64,000 nt of DNA from Octopus vulgaris (lineage: Eukaryota), in the NCBI GenBank assembly GCA_951406725.2, contig OX597830.1, positions 77,748,001 through 77,812,000 on the forward strand, in the 5' to 3' direction. The position numbers and the translations under genes are program-made. Below the pieces are notes generated by a model. It was given only the letters and a program-made list of their open reading frames with translations, had not been told where the DNA came from and ran no database searches. Below are positions 1 to 12,156 of this stretch, one piece after another (within the stretch, counting starts at the first letter, position 1; every line of letters starts with the position of its first letter).

Positions 1-366
1 GGTTCAGTCCCACTGCGTGGCATCTTGGGCAGGTGTCTTCTACTATAGCCTCGGACTGACCAAAGGCTTGTGAGTGGATTTGGTAGACGGAAACTGAAAG
101 AAGCCCGTCATAAATATATGTATATGTGTGTGTGTGTGTGTCTGTGTCTGTGTGTGTGTATGTGCGTGTGTGTGCGTGTGTGTTTGCCTCCCCCGCCATC
201 GCTTGATAAACAATGTTGGTGTGTTTACGGCCCCGTAACTTAGCGGTTCGGGAAAAGAAACCGATAGGATAAGTATTAGGCTTACAATGAATAAGTCCTG
301 GGATCGATTTGTTCGACTAAAGGTGGTGCTCCAGTGTGGCTGCAGTTAAATGACTGAAACAAATAA
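1..366 (+). mobile_element. SINE family A (tRNA-derived, CORE-like centre), cut by window edge
   Basis: B-box GGTTCAGTCCC, CTTGGGCAGGTGTCTTCT core, internal (TG)n, 3' tail ...AAATGACTGAAACAAATAAAA; matches copies at 7214-7623 and 48283-48677. Confidence 0.85.
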
Positions 367-477
367 AAAAAACTCTGTAGTCAAATTTTTATATGAAAAA
401 TTGCAAAATTGACAAAAAAGTGATATGTACTTGGATATGCTTACACTCATGCATTCGTTATGTATGTGTGGGTTCGT

Positions 478-666
478 TTCCTACCATCGCTTGCCAATCG
501 GTATTAATGTGTTTATGTCCCCCTAAATTAGCGGTTCGCCAAAAGACACTGATAGAATAAGTACTGGACTTTAATAAATGTCCTGGGGTCAATTTGTTCG
601 ATTAACGTCCTTGAAGGCAGCGCTCCAGCGTGGCCGCAGTCAAATGACTGAAAGAACAGAATAAAA
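478..666 (+). mobile_element. SINE family A, 3' half (diverged)
   Basis: TTAGCGGTTCGCCAAAAGACACTGATAGAATAAGTAC...GGCCGCAGTCAAATGACTGAAA. Confidence 0.75.
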
Positions 667-855
667 CAATGTCTTTCCGCTGCAGTCCATTCAGCTGGAA
701 ATTGGTAACAATGCGATAATGGTTGGATGATACCTTCCGAAACATTGGTCGTCTCTCGGTCTGGCTAACGGGGTCGAACCATTCGGAAAATAAACCAATT
801 ATAAGTGCATTGTGACTAGCGGGGTTGAACGACATCCGATAGTCAGATCGACCGT

Positions 856-1087
856 GGTAGCTGGCAGAAACGTTAGCACGCCGGGCGAAATGCGTAGCCG
901 TATTTCGTCTGCCGCTACGTTCTGAGTTCAAATTCCGCCGAGGTTGACTTTGCCTTTCATCCTTTCGGGGTCGCTAAATTAAGTACCAATTACGCACTGG
1001 GGTCGATGTAATCGACTTAATACCTATGTCTGTCCTTGTTTGTCCTCTCTGTGTTTAGCCCTTTGTGGGTAGTAAAGAAATAGGTAT
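856..1087 (+). mobile_element. SINE family B (Meta-domain-like), monomer
   Basis: Head GCTGGCAGAAACGTTAGCACG, B-box GAGTTCAAATTCC, centre GAGGTTGACTTTGCCTTTCATCCTTTCGGGGTC..AAGTACC, tail AAAGAAATAGGTAT. Confidence 0.85.
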
Positions 1088-1428
1088 ATGTAAAGTCAGT
1101 GTGTGTTTTTGTTGACTGCAGGTGTTGGTTCATTTTACGTCCTGTAGTATATATAATATTCACCAGGCTCAAACAATACATGCTAGGGGCAATCTGATCG
1201 CATCCTTTAAGGGGGTGCCCTCCTTACATGGCCTAACTCGAAACACTACAAGTAAACAATGAAAAGGAAAGCAGTTTTCACAGAAGGGAAAACTGATTTA
1301 TCTCCCTTTTTAAAAATTTCTTTAGACGTTTATTGCACAGTATTTGAAATTTATGTGTTGACGTATTTTACAGGTAATTTACGCACAAGCTTATACACAT
1401 TCACGCAAACACGAACACGTACAAAGAT

Positions 1429-1459
<31 letters not shown>

Positions 1460-1601
1460 TATACTCACACGCACATACATGAAGTATATAATTCATATCT
1501 GTGCTGTTGTGCTGATGCCTGGTTCTATATTTGAATATATTCATCAGTATATTTAAGCATGTACATGCATGTATATATATATGTATTTATGTATGAATGC
1601 A

Positions 1602-1800
1602 TAGCTTGCTTCTTAACCACATGGTACTGGATTCAGTCCCACAGCATGGCAACTTGAGCAACTCTTTTCTGGTATAGCCCCGGGCGTTCCAAAGTCTTGT
1701 GAGTGGATTCGACGGGTTGAAACGGAAAGAAGCCCGTGGTATATGTATATCTATCTATCTATCTATCTACTATCTATCTATCTATATATCTAACTATCTA

Positions 1801-1890
<90 letters not shown>

Positions 1891-2006
1891 TGTGTGTGTG
1901 TGTCTTTGAGTTAGTGTTTACGTCCCCTTGATCTGTTTGGCGAAAACTCGTCAAGGCGATGCCCCAGTATGACCACAGTCAAGTGACTGAAACAAGTAAT
2001 GTATAT

Positions 2007-2047
<41 letters not shown>

Positions 2048-2195
2048 CCCAAAACTTAGCGGTTCGGCAAAAGAGACCGATAGAATAAGTATTAGGCTTA
2101 CAAAGAATAAGTCCTGGGGTTGATTTGTTCGACTAAAGGTGGTGGTCCAACATGGCTGCATTCAAATGACTGAAACAAGTACAAGAATAAAAGAA
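1602..2195 (+). mobile_element. SINE family A, diverged and internally deleted copy (1602-1998) plus a second 3' tail (2046-2195)
   Basis: Family A head and tail motifs separated by microsatellites. Confidence 0.7.
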
Positions 2196-2957
2196 TATAT
2201 ATATATACAAACACGCATATGTCTATGTGTGTATGAATTTATATATATATTTGTACATATATACATATATATATCTATATTTATTTATCTATTATCTATT
2301 TATATATGTATGTATATACGCACACGCACATACATATACATACGCACATACATTTACATAGTTATATGTAATGTTTCTCTCTATGTATGCACGTATATAA
2401 ATGTATATATGTGTGTGTATGTGTTTGTGCATGTGTGGTGACATTCGTGTTGATCTTGTCACCCTTCGCGTCAGGCTTAACATCTTACGAAGTATTCTAT
2501 GAAAAGCTGACCTCTGCGCAGAAACACATAGACGTGTATACACAAGCTTGTACAACATGTTAGTATTTGTGTGTGGATGTCTGTCTAGGAATGATATATT
2601 GGTCCGGAGCAATATTCAGAACAAGCAGAATCTTGAATGGCGTATTTTCTTTACAGAACCACTTTTCTGCCTCAGATACAAAAACATGAAAAATTTGAAT
2701 TCAAAAATTAAACTTTGTCAGCCATGTTTTAAAGTTATATTTTCAACATATCAACAGGAACTTTGACAACAAATTTCAAGGACCTTGGTGGTGGTATTTC
2801 TGAATGGGAAACTAAAACAAGATCTAAGTTGAAAACTATCATTAGCATCTTTGAACAAGCAAAAATTTAGTTAGCATGTCAGCTGAAACCTGGATGTATA
2901 ATGCTCTTTTTTGATTAATATATAGAGAGTTAGACATTCAATTTTCTTCTAATACAG

Positions 2958-2991
<34 letters not shown>

Positions 2992-2999
2992 TATCTTAT

Positions 3000-3031
<32 letters not shown>

Positions 3032-3101
3032 CTGTGTATATGTCTGTATGTAAATGTACATATATATATTGATATACGTGTGTGAATATTCACATATATA
3101 T

Positions 3102-3141
<40 letters not shown>

Positions 3142-3415
3142 TATTCACACACATATATGAATATATGCATGTACATATACATACAGATACACACAGATAT
3201 ATACACACACATGTGTACATGTATGTTGTACTTTTACAAGAAGAGAAATGGCGTTGTCTTCGAAGTTTCATACTGTTAGCTTTCATCAGAAAGTACGACA
3301 AAACTTTGAAGTCATTCTCGGCCCACTTCCAAAAGTAGAGTAAATATGTAATTTGTACATAGCAAAAACGTATCACGTTTTGTTTTTTAGTAAAATGTTA
3401 AATTATTTCTATTTT

Positions 3416-3761
3416 ATCGTGAAGAATATTTGCCACCTAAATGTGGCTGACTCATATGGGACGATGCTATACTGAAGTTTATAGCCCAAGGAAGACATCA
3501 CATCCGACTAGCTAATGACACACTGTCTGAGCCCTATCAGTATTTGCAAAGGGAAATCATCGTTCCCATCTCTAGCCTGACGTGATACACACGGACCCGG
3601 GTTTCTGATTGGTAACTTTTATTAGCGCATGACTATCACTGGCGAGGGATGAGAAGTGATATTTCCAATGCAAATATATATGCTTTTTTCCAGTGACCAA
3701 AAGTTGCTGATGTCGAAAAAGGAGAAACAAGCAATGATAAATCTCTGAGCGAGATATAAAC
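3416..3761 (-). mobile_element. Unclassified interspersed repeat with a decayed hammerhead-like motif (PLE/retrozyme-like)
   Basis: Homologous to 45669-45848; minus strand 3590-3629 reads TGCG CTAATAA..GAAAC CCGG GTC CGTG. Confidence 0.5.
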
Positions 3762-3987
3762 TATGATATATATTAAATCATCGAAGAGCGAGCAACAGGC
3801 ATCTACTGAATTAAATTAGGATAGATGTTCCGGATAGATTATTCACCAACAGCACACATTCAAAACCATTACCATTTAAACTTATAATTATCTCGGAATG
3901 TATTATTACTGGTAGAGAACGTGGCATATCTACCCACGTGTACCCATCACCCCGATTTTATTCTCTCAAACCTTTCCGATAAATGAC

Positions 3988-4212
3988 TGTTTTCTGAATG
4001 AAATTTTCTACAAATATCTTTCAGATGGTGTAGAATTCGGTTATATCAGTATTTATTGCGAAAAATTTATCTGGGGGTTAGCTAGAGAAGTTTCGGATAA
4101 TTTATACCATCCAATTTCTTTCCTCGTATCTTTCAGAAAAAAAAAAAAGATATATCTTTAATGAAAATTTCTACAAATACCATTCAGGTGGAGTGGATTC
4201 TGATTATATTGG
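3988..4212. repeat. Degenerate direct repeat, period about 170 bp
   Basis: AATGAAATTTTCTACAAATATCTTTCAGATGGTGTAGAATTC vs AATGAAAATTTCTACAAATACCATTCAGGTGGAGTGGATTC. Confidence 0.55.
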
Positions 4213-4398
4213 AACTCAAAGAAGGAGCAAAAAAATAGGGGACGGATGAATGCACTTTGCATAATTTGTTCTGAAAAAATTCAACTTTCATTTTATGTGT
4301 GTGTGTGTGAGAGAGAGAGAGGGGGGAGGGAGACATGTCATATTTGTGTACGCACCACAAAAGTTTTTTGCACATGAAATTCCAATATAATATTTCGT

Positions 4399-4571
4399 TA
4401 TTGCTCACAAGGGGCGAAACACAGAGAGGACAAACAATGACAGACAAAAGGATTAAGTCGATTACATCGACCCCAGTACGTAACTGGAACTTATTTAATC
4501 GACCCCAAAAGGATGAAAGGCAAAGTTGGCCTCGGCGGAATTTGAACTCAGAACGTAACGGCAGACGAAAT
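4399..4571 (-). mobile_element. SINE family B, 5'-truncated
   Basis: Reverse complement of the family B body and tail. Confidence 0.8.
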
Positions 4572-4984
4572 GAAATTCCAATATAGTTATAATCTACCCC
4601 CATCAAAAATGCTTTCGAAGAACTTTTCATTGAAATATTCTCATTTTCTTGAAAGCAATGAAAAGAACAAAAATCAGAGGAGGAACTCATTCGTATAGGC
4701 ATGCCGGGAAATCTTTCACTTGCTACATAAAGCGCACATTTACATTTAATATTCCAAGACGGTAGAGCACTTATATTGTATATCCATCTGATATGATAAT
4801 GTGCTATAATTATCTCGGTCCTTTTGCTTCGGATTGTAACGTTTATTTTAATTTGCTGTCCAATACAGTGGCGCTTCTTGATACCATCAGAGCAATTGCG
4901 CATTTCTTACAGCTGAGAGACTTCAAGAGGTGGCATAGTGTCTATAAAGACCACATAAAACTATACATTACGAACTAAAATTAG

Positions 4985-5020
<36 letters not shown>

Positions 5021-5104
5021 GGATAGATAGATAGGTAGATAGATACACATACACACACAAGCACAAAACACTAACGGACAGCACATATTCACAACTAAAA
5101 TTAG

Positions 5105-5149
<45 letters not shown>

Positions 5150-5150
5150 C

Positions 5151-5220
<70 letters not shown>

Positions 5221-5221
<1 letters not shown>

Positions 5222-5299
5222 TGTTTCTTTATTAGCCACACAGGGCTGCACACAGATAGAACAAATTACAAGGTAGAGCTTTTCTTTTGAAGGTTTAAG

Positions 5300-5337
<38 letters not shown>

Positions 5338-5450
5338 AAGGGGGAGTTTCGATCAAAAGGGATCGTAAAAGGAGAGAAAGAGGACAAAAAAAGGGGGTTT
5401 AAAAAAAAGGGGGGAGGAAAAAAAATTGATCAATAGGGATCGTTATCACG
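5221..5450 (-). mobile_element. 3' end of a non-LTR retroelement with an (ATCT)n tail
   Basis: Minus strand ends ...CTATCTGTGTGCAGCCCTGTGTGGCTAATAAAGAAACAT(ATCT)n, similar to the family B tail. Confidence 0.5.
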
Positions 5451-5612
5451 ATAGATAGATAGATAGATAGACACACATACACACACAAGGACAAAACATT
5501 AACGGACAGCACATATTCACGCACACACATATGGATACGTAAACATATACACGAACAAACTCGCATACGCACATAAATACGTACATACACACGCACATAC
5601 ACACACACACAT

Positions 5613-5650
<38 letters not shown>

Positions 5651-5796
5651 GACGGGCTTCTTTCAGTTTCTGCCTACCATATCCACTCACAAGGCTTTGG
5701 CCGGACCGAGAGACACTTGACCAAGGTGTTATGCAGTGGAACAGAACCTGGAACCATGTGATTGTGAAACAAGCTTCTTACCACACAGCCACTCCT

Positions 5797-5799
<3 letters not shown>
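5651..5799 (-). mobile_element. SINE family A, 5' part
   Basis: Reverse complement of GCGCAGGAGTGGCTGTGTGGTAAG...GAAACTGAAAGAAGCCCGTC. Confidence 0.8.
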
Positions 5800-5835
<36 letters not shown>

Positions 5836-5842
5836 TATATAT

Positions 5843-6046
5843 AACGGGAAGCTTTATGAAAATAGACAAAAGACGAAGGCAGGTTTACGGAAATAAACAA
5901 AAGACGAAGGCAGGTGGAATACAAACAAACAATTGTATTATTATGGCGCTCAGGAAATATAAATAAAACAAGTATTTAACGTTTCGAGCCTACGCTCTTC
6001 AACAGAAAGGGACACAGAAAAAAACAAGGAGAGAAACAAGGAGAGA
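5843..6046 (-). mobile_element. Hammerhead-bearing short element (family H1b) in a (TA)n tract
   Basis: Minus strand 5975-6008 reads TTT CTGTTGA A GAGC GTAG GCTC GAAAC GTT AAA; homologue at 43709-43865. Confidence 0.65.
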
Positions 6047-6128
6047 TATAAATATATATACATACATACATACATACATACTTATATACATGTACGTATA
6101 TAAGTATGTATGTATGTGTGTGTATATA

Positions 6129-6204
<76 letters not shown>

Positions 6205-6778
6205 TACATGTATGTATGTATATATATATATGTATATATGTTCATGTATCTATGTATCCATGTACGTATTTATGTTTGTATCTATGACTACTACAGTTCA
6301 GGCAAGGTGCGCCATACATAAATGAAGATTCGATGTATTAAAATATTAAAACGAAGGACTTTCGCAAAACTCCTGTCGTTCCTTTATCGAAAGAATTTAT
6401 CAAAGACCTTTTCACAAATTCTGTACACGAGAACAAGGCAACAGTTTTATAAAAGTCAGTGTTCTTTAAATATTTGATAAACATATAGCATTCATTCATT
6501 CATTCATACATACATATATATATTTATTGATACATATATAGACAAATAGATAGGTAGATAGACAGATAGATATACTTGAAGATACATGTGAAAATGTCCA
6601 AAAAGTATAACTTAACATCGAAGACTTCAATTGCGAATATGCATGTTCTTCCATAAATTATGCATCATAAATAAATGTAAATATATATCGATGTATTTTG
6701 TATCTGTGTGCGCGTATATTTGTTTGTGTGTGTATTGTAAGAAATTATATGTGTGTGTATTATATATGTATAAATTAT

Positions 6779-6912
6779 AGGCACAGGCGTAGCTGAGTGG
6801 TAAGAGGTTTGTTTTCCAACCACATGGTACAGAGTACTTCTACTATGACCTGTGGCCAACAGAATCTCTGTGAGACGGATTTTGATAGACGATGACTGAA
6901 AGAAGCTCGTCA

Positions 6913-6993
<81 letters not shown>

Positions 6994-7166
6994 GTCTGTC
7001 TATCTATCTATCTATCCCGGTGTTAGTGTGTTCAAATCACCTCAACTTAGCGGTCCGGCAAGTGAGACAGATAGAATAAATAAGGCATTCGTTCGACTAA
7101 AACCCTCCAAGGCTGCGCCCTTGCATTGCCGCAGCCAAATGACAGAAACGAGTTAAAGATAAAAGA
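6779..7166 (+). mobile_element. SINE family A, old diverged copy
   Basis: Head GGCACAGGCGTAGCTGAGTGGTAAG, internal (TCTA)n, tail CAAATGACAGAAACGAG. Confidence 0.7.
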
Positions 7167-7213
7167 CAATATATATATATGTATAAATATATAAATATAT
7201 ATATATATATATA

Positions 7214-7621
7214 TACTCTTTTACTCTTTTACTCTTTTACTTGTTTCAGTCATTTGACTGCGGCCATGCTGGAGCACCGCCTTTAGTCGAGCAACTCGAC
7301 CCCGGGACTTATTCTTTTTGTTAGCCCAGTACTTATTCTATCGGTCTCTTTTTGCCGAACCGCTAAGTGACGGGGACGTAAACACACCAGCATCAGTTGT
7401 CAAGCAATGCTAGGGGAACAAACACAGACACACAAACACACATACATATATATACATATATACGACAGGCTTCTTTCAGTTTCCGTCTACCAAATCCACT
7501 CACAAGGCATTAGTCGGCCCGGGGCTATAGCAGAAGACACTTGCCCAAGATGCCACAGTGGGACTGAACCCAGAACCATGTAGTTGGTAAACAAGCTACT
7601 TACCACACAGCCACTCCTGCG

Positions 7622-7623
<2 letters not shown>
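7214..7623 (-). mobile_element. SINE family A, full-length young copy
   Basis: A-box TGGCTGTGTGG, B-box GGTTCAGTCCC, tail (AAAAGAGT)n; flanked on both sides by (TA)n. Confidence 0.9.
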
Positions 7624-7671
<48 letters not shown>

Positions 7672-7745
7672 ATATATAGTCTGATGGTTACCTTGTGGTA
7701 CATTCTATAGCAAGCTACTTACATCCTGGTTAAGTATGCAATCAC

Positions 7746-7791
<46 letters not shown>

Positions 7792-7793
<2 letters not shown>

Positions 7794-7926
7794 CGCAGGA
7801 GCGTCTGTGTGGTAAGTAGCTTGCTAACCAACCACATGGTTCCGGGTTCAGTCCTACTGCGTGGCATCTTGGGCAAGTGTCTTCTGCTATAGCCCCGGTC
7901 AAATGACTGAAACAAGTAAAAGAGTA
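7792..7926 (+). mobile_element. SINE family A, internally deleted (head fused to tail)
   Basis: ...GCTATAGCCCCGG|TCAAATGACTGAAACAAGTAAAAGAGTA. Confidence 0.85.
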
Positions 7927-7939
7927 TATAAGTATGTAT

Positions 7940-8220
7940 GTATAAGGATGAAAAGGGACACACGAGTTGATATATATATATGGAAAAAAAAGTCAAGATA
8001 GAAAATGCTAAAATAATTTTATAAAAAACATTTCAGTACCGGTTTCAGTCATTGAGACTTTTTCAACTGTAACAATTAAATAATTAAAAATTTAGAAAAA
8101 TTAAAAGAAAAGGTTTTTAATAGTGTTCAAATACATGTGGCATTTTCCTTGTTTCTGCCTCTCTCTGTCTCTCTTGTTTACTCTTGTGGGTTCGAGGTAG
8201 TTGTGAATTCTTGGTAGGGA
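7940..8220 (-). mobile_element. Penelope-like pLTR remnant with a hammerhead-like motif (8034-8069)
   Basis: Minus strand reads CAG TTGAAAA AGTC TCAAT GACT GAAA CCGG TA CTG; stems I, II and palindromic III are intact but the core is mutated. Confidence 0.5.
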
Positions 8221-8289
8221 AGAAGAAGAAGAAGAAGAAGAAAAAGAAGAAAGTGGAGGCCCCTTCTCCTCCTTCTCCTCCTCCTTCTT

Positions 8290-8397
8290 TTGACAGCTGA
8301 AGCAACGTGTAATGAAGAGGTTTCCTGTCCAGGAATCGAAAGTAGAACCTTACGATTTTGAGCCCGACATCATAACCGCTAAGACAAGTGCCTCCAC
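8290..8397 (-). mobile_element. SINE family D head (diverged)
   Basis: Reverse complement GTGGAGGCACTTGTCTTAGCGGTTA...ATCGTAAGGT...TTCGATTCC, similar to the head at 31443. Confidence 0.6.
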
Positions 8398-8475
8398 ATG
8401 TATTACATGTGTGTGTGAGTGTGTGTGTGTGTGTGTGTGTGAGTGTGTGAGTATGTGTGTGTGTGTTTGTACATA

Positions 8476-8513
<38 letters not shown>

Positions 8514-8529
8514 CAGATAGACAGATAAA

Positions 8530-8812
8530 TACATACATACACACATACTTACAAACATACATACATACGTACATACATACATACATACATACAAACATAC
8601 ATGCATGCATGCATGCATACATACATGCATGCATACATACACACACACATACATACATACATACATACATACATACATACATGCATACATACATACATAC
8701 ACACACACATACATACATACATACATACATACATACATACATACATACATACATACATACATACATACATACATACATACATACATACATACATACATAC
8801 ATACATACATAC
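8530..8812. repeat. (TACA)n microsatellite
   Basis: Directly visible. Confidence 0.95.
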
Positions 8813-9145
8813 AGTTATAGACGACAATATTATATGTGCAAATATATATATACAGAGATTTTAGATATTTACGAATGGATATACCGATGTGTTATGAAAT
8901 GTAAACGTTGTCTGTGACTTCCAGCTTTCGTCTCCGCTGCCTACGTCCATCAGACAGACATTGCCAGCTAAGAAGAGATATTTTTCCTTGTTAATATAAA
9001 ACATACTAAGTGAAGCTTTCAACTAGTTTTTACTGTCTTTATCTACAAAAATAAAACATCTATAAACACACATACACATACACGTATACACACACGCACA
9101 CACAAATATAAATACATACGTACACATATATATGTACATATATCT

Positions 9146-9194
<49 letters not shown>

Positions 9195-9309
9195 TATATA
9201 TATATATATGTATGTATGTATATGTATATGTATATGTATATATATATATACACACACACATATATATATATGTATGTGTGTGTGTATTTTTATTTATATA
9301 TACATACAT

Positions 9310-9434
9310 TTTCCGTCTACCAAATCCACTCAAAGGGCTTTGGTCGTTCCGAGGCTATAGCATAAGACCTGACCAAGGTGCCACGCAGTGGGACTGAACC
9401 CGGAACCATGTGGCTGGGAAGCAAGCTACATACC
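9310..9434 (-). mobile_element. SINE family A fragment
   Basis: TTCCGTCTACCAAATCCACTCA...GGGACTGAACCCGGAACCATGTGG. Confidence 0.8.
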
Positions 9435-9923
9435 ATATTTGTGTATATACGCAAGCATATATATACATATATATACATATATATGTGTGTGTATATATAC
9501 ATATATACATATATGTGTGTATATATATTTATATATATACACATACATATTTATACACAACCAAAATAAATATTTACGCGCATACATACATATATATACA
9601 TACATTACCTATATCGGTGTGGGTGTATATGTGGAATATATATAAGCTTATATAATAAAAGAAGACTGATTAACTTGTACATTTTATATTACATTATTTT
9701 TAAATATTAAGTGACAGCTGATCGTGCACGAGTGTATATATATATATATATATTTTTTTCTTTTTTTCCTTTTCCCTTTTTTATTTTATTTAACTCTATT
9801 TATTTATCTTTGCTTAAAACTTTCCATGCGCTGTTAAAATCCGAGTAATTTTTGTATAGATAGCAGGCCCGATAATATAAATCGACAGATGCCTTCAGTT
9901 ATTCACACACACACACACAATAC

Positions 9924-10039
<116 letters not shown>

Positions 10040-10769
10040 TCTGTGGATGCAGTAGAAATGCACGAAACAAAGAGCTCGATAAATAAATTTATAGATAGAC
10101 ATATATACATTTCCATTATATAATATTTATAATAAAATATATGAAAATCATAAATTCATCTGTGTGTGTATATATGCATATGCATACATACATATATATA
10201 TATATATATATACGCACACACACACACACATATATATATATATCGTATATGTAGAGACATTTTACTTTCGTTGATAATTGTCTCGACAAACAACAACGGA
10301 TGAAATTCCTTTATCCTATATAACATTATGTAAAATTATTTTAGTCGCACTTTCTTTACATTTTTCATGAGTAGCTTTATTGATCTATAGTTTGAGCTAT
10401 GTGAAACATATATGTTTGGTTGAATAGTATAGTATACGAAACTTGTTTAAAGAAAACCATCTGACTGCCGGCATCTAAAAGTGTGTTTTCTTCACTCACA
10501 ATATACATTTATTCTCAGTTGTAAGTAAAAATAGCAAAAACAAAAGGAAAACATTTGTTGTATGTAGTGTATAATACCTGAACATATATATAGACGTACC
10601 CACACTCGTACATACGTATGTACGTACATAACACATGAAATGTTATCTAGTTATCAATTTCTCTTGCTTTCTTTCGTACTCTTTCCCACTTCTTTGTTTA
10701 TTTGTATCTTTCTATGTCTATGTTTGTTTTTGTGCAAAGAAGAAATAACGGCTGGGTACCCCTTATGAC

Positions 10770-11980
10770 CGAGTGATGAAACAGCAGCTTAATCACTCAA
10801 ATTTGAATGTTATGTATCTCGAGTTCGTCAAGGATTTTTGACAAAGTTGATCATGGGATTAATATGTCACAAATTGCGAGGCCCTTAGTATCGCTGAAAA
10901 ACAAGGAGAGAGTGGTTGCATGACTTTTTAAATGCTACTCCCACTCTCTCGCTCTCCTCTCTCCCTCACTCCTCTCTCTCCTCTCTTTGCCTATCTCTCC
11001 CCCTCCCCCCTCTCTCTCTCTCTGAAGAGGAAGAGGGCATCAATTCGCAGTGACTAACCACTGCTATTTGTGGTTGCTCTTTCAGACAAGCTCTCAACTA
11101 ATACGGTCAGCCACTCTCACCTGCTATCCTGATGATTCACAAGTATCACAGGCAGTCAAGGACCCTGATAACATACTAAAACTGCAAAACGACCAGAATG
11201 TAATATACAAATGAGAAATTTCAAGCACTCCACTATCGGCCCACAAACAGGCTACAGTTGGAATACACAGGACCAGTGGGTTGTGCATCCCCAGATTCAG
11301 AGTCGGTACGTGACTTGGGAATCCACATGAGTAATGGTGCATATTCGATGTGCATATTACCTATTTCTTTACTACCCACAAGGGGCTACACACAGAGGGG
11401 AAGAAACAAGGACAGACAAACGGATTAAGTCGATTATATCGACCCCCAGTGCGTAACTGGTACTTATTTAATCGACCCCGAAAGGATGAAAGGCAAAGTC
11501 GACCTCGGCGGAATTTGAACGCAGAATGTAGCGGCGGACGAAATACCTATTTCTTTATTACCTACAAGGGGCTAAACACAGAGGAAACAAACAAGGACAG
11601 ACATAGGTATTAAGTCGATTACATCGACCCCAGTGCGTAACTGGTACTTATTTAATCGACCCCGAAAGGATGAAAGGCAAAGTCGACCTCGGCGGAATTT
11701 GAACGTAGAATGTAGCGGCGGACGAAATACCGCTAAGCATTTCGTCCGGTGTGCTAACGATTCTGCCAGCTCACCGCAATTGAAATATATTGCGCCCAAC
11801 GTGCATAATTACCAAGATGGCAACACAGTGCAGACGAGTAGCTCGATGGATTCTGAGATCATTTAGAGCAGGGATGCTACTCTTATGGAGAACTTTCGTT
11901 TTCAGTCGTCTGAACTACAGCTCCTAACTGTGCTCACTGCAGAGCGTCAAAACGGTGACGGAAATTGTGATAATCCAAGA
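10770..11980 (+). pseudogene. Decayed CR1/L2/Jockey-group LINE ORF2 reverse transcriptase, split by a SINE
   Basis: Frameshifted translation shows RT motifs in order: YLEFVKDF/DKVDHG/LICHKLRGL..WLHDFL (about 10815-10930), PLLFVVAL, YPDDSQV (YADD equivalent, 11125), KFQALHY, SESVRDLGIHMS; after the SINE: WILRSF..MLLLWRTFVFSRLNYSS*L. Confidence 0.85.
11358..11777 (-). mobile_element. SINE family B, one head plus duplicated body, inserted in the LINE
   Basis: Two tandem bodies; possible TSD GTGCATA(A)TTACC at 11350-11361 and 11801-11813. Confidence 0.85.
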
Positions 11981-12046
11981 TTTTGTGTATACATTATATA
12001 TCCACGCATACACATATAAACATTTACGTACATATATGCATATACG

Positions 12047-12156
<110 letters not shown>

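Noticed and set aside
4184-4903. Longest ORF (239 aa)
   Set aside because: It reads through a family B SINE and microsatellite, so it is a chance open frame.
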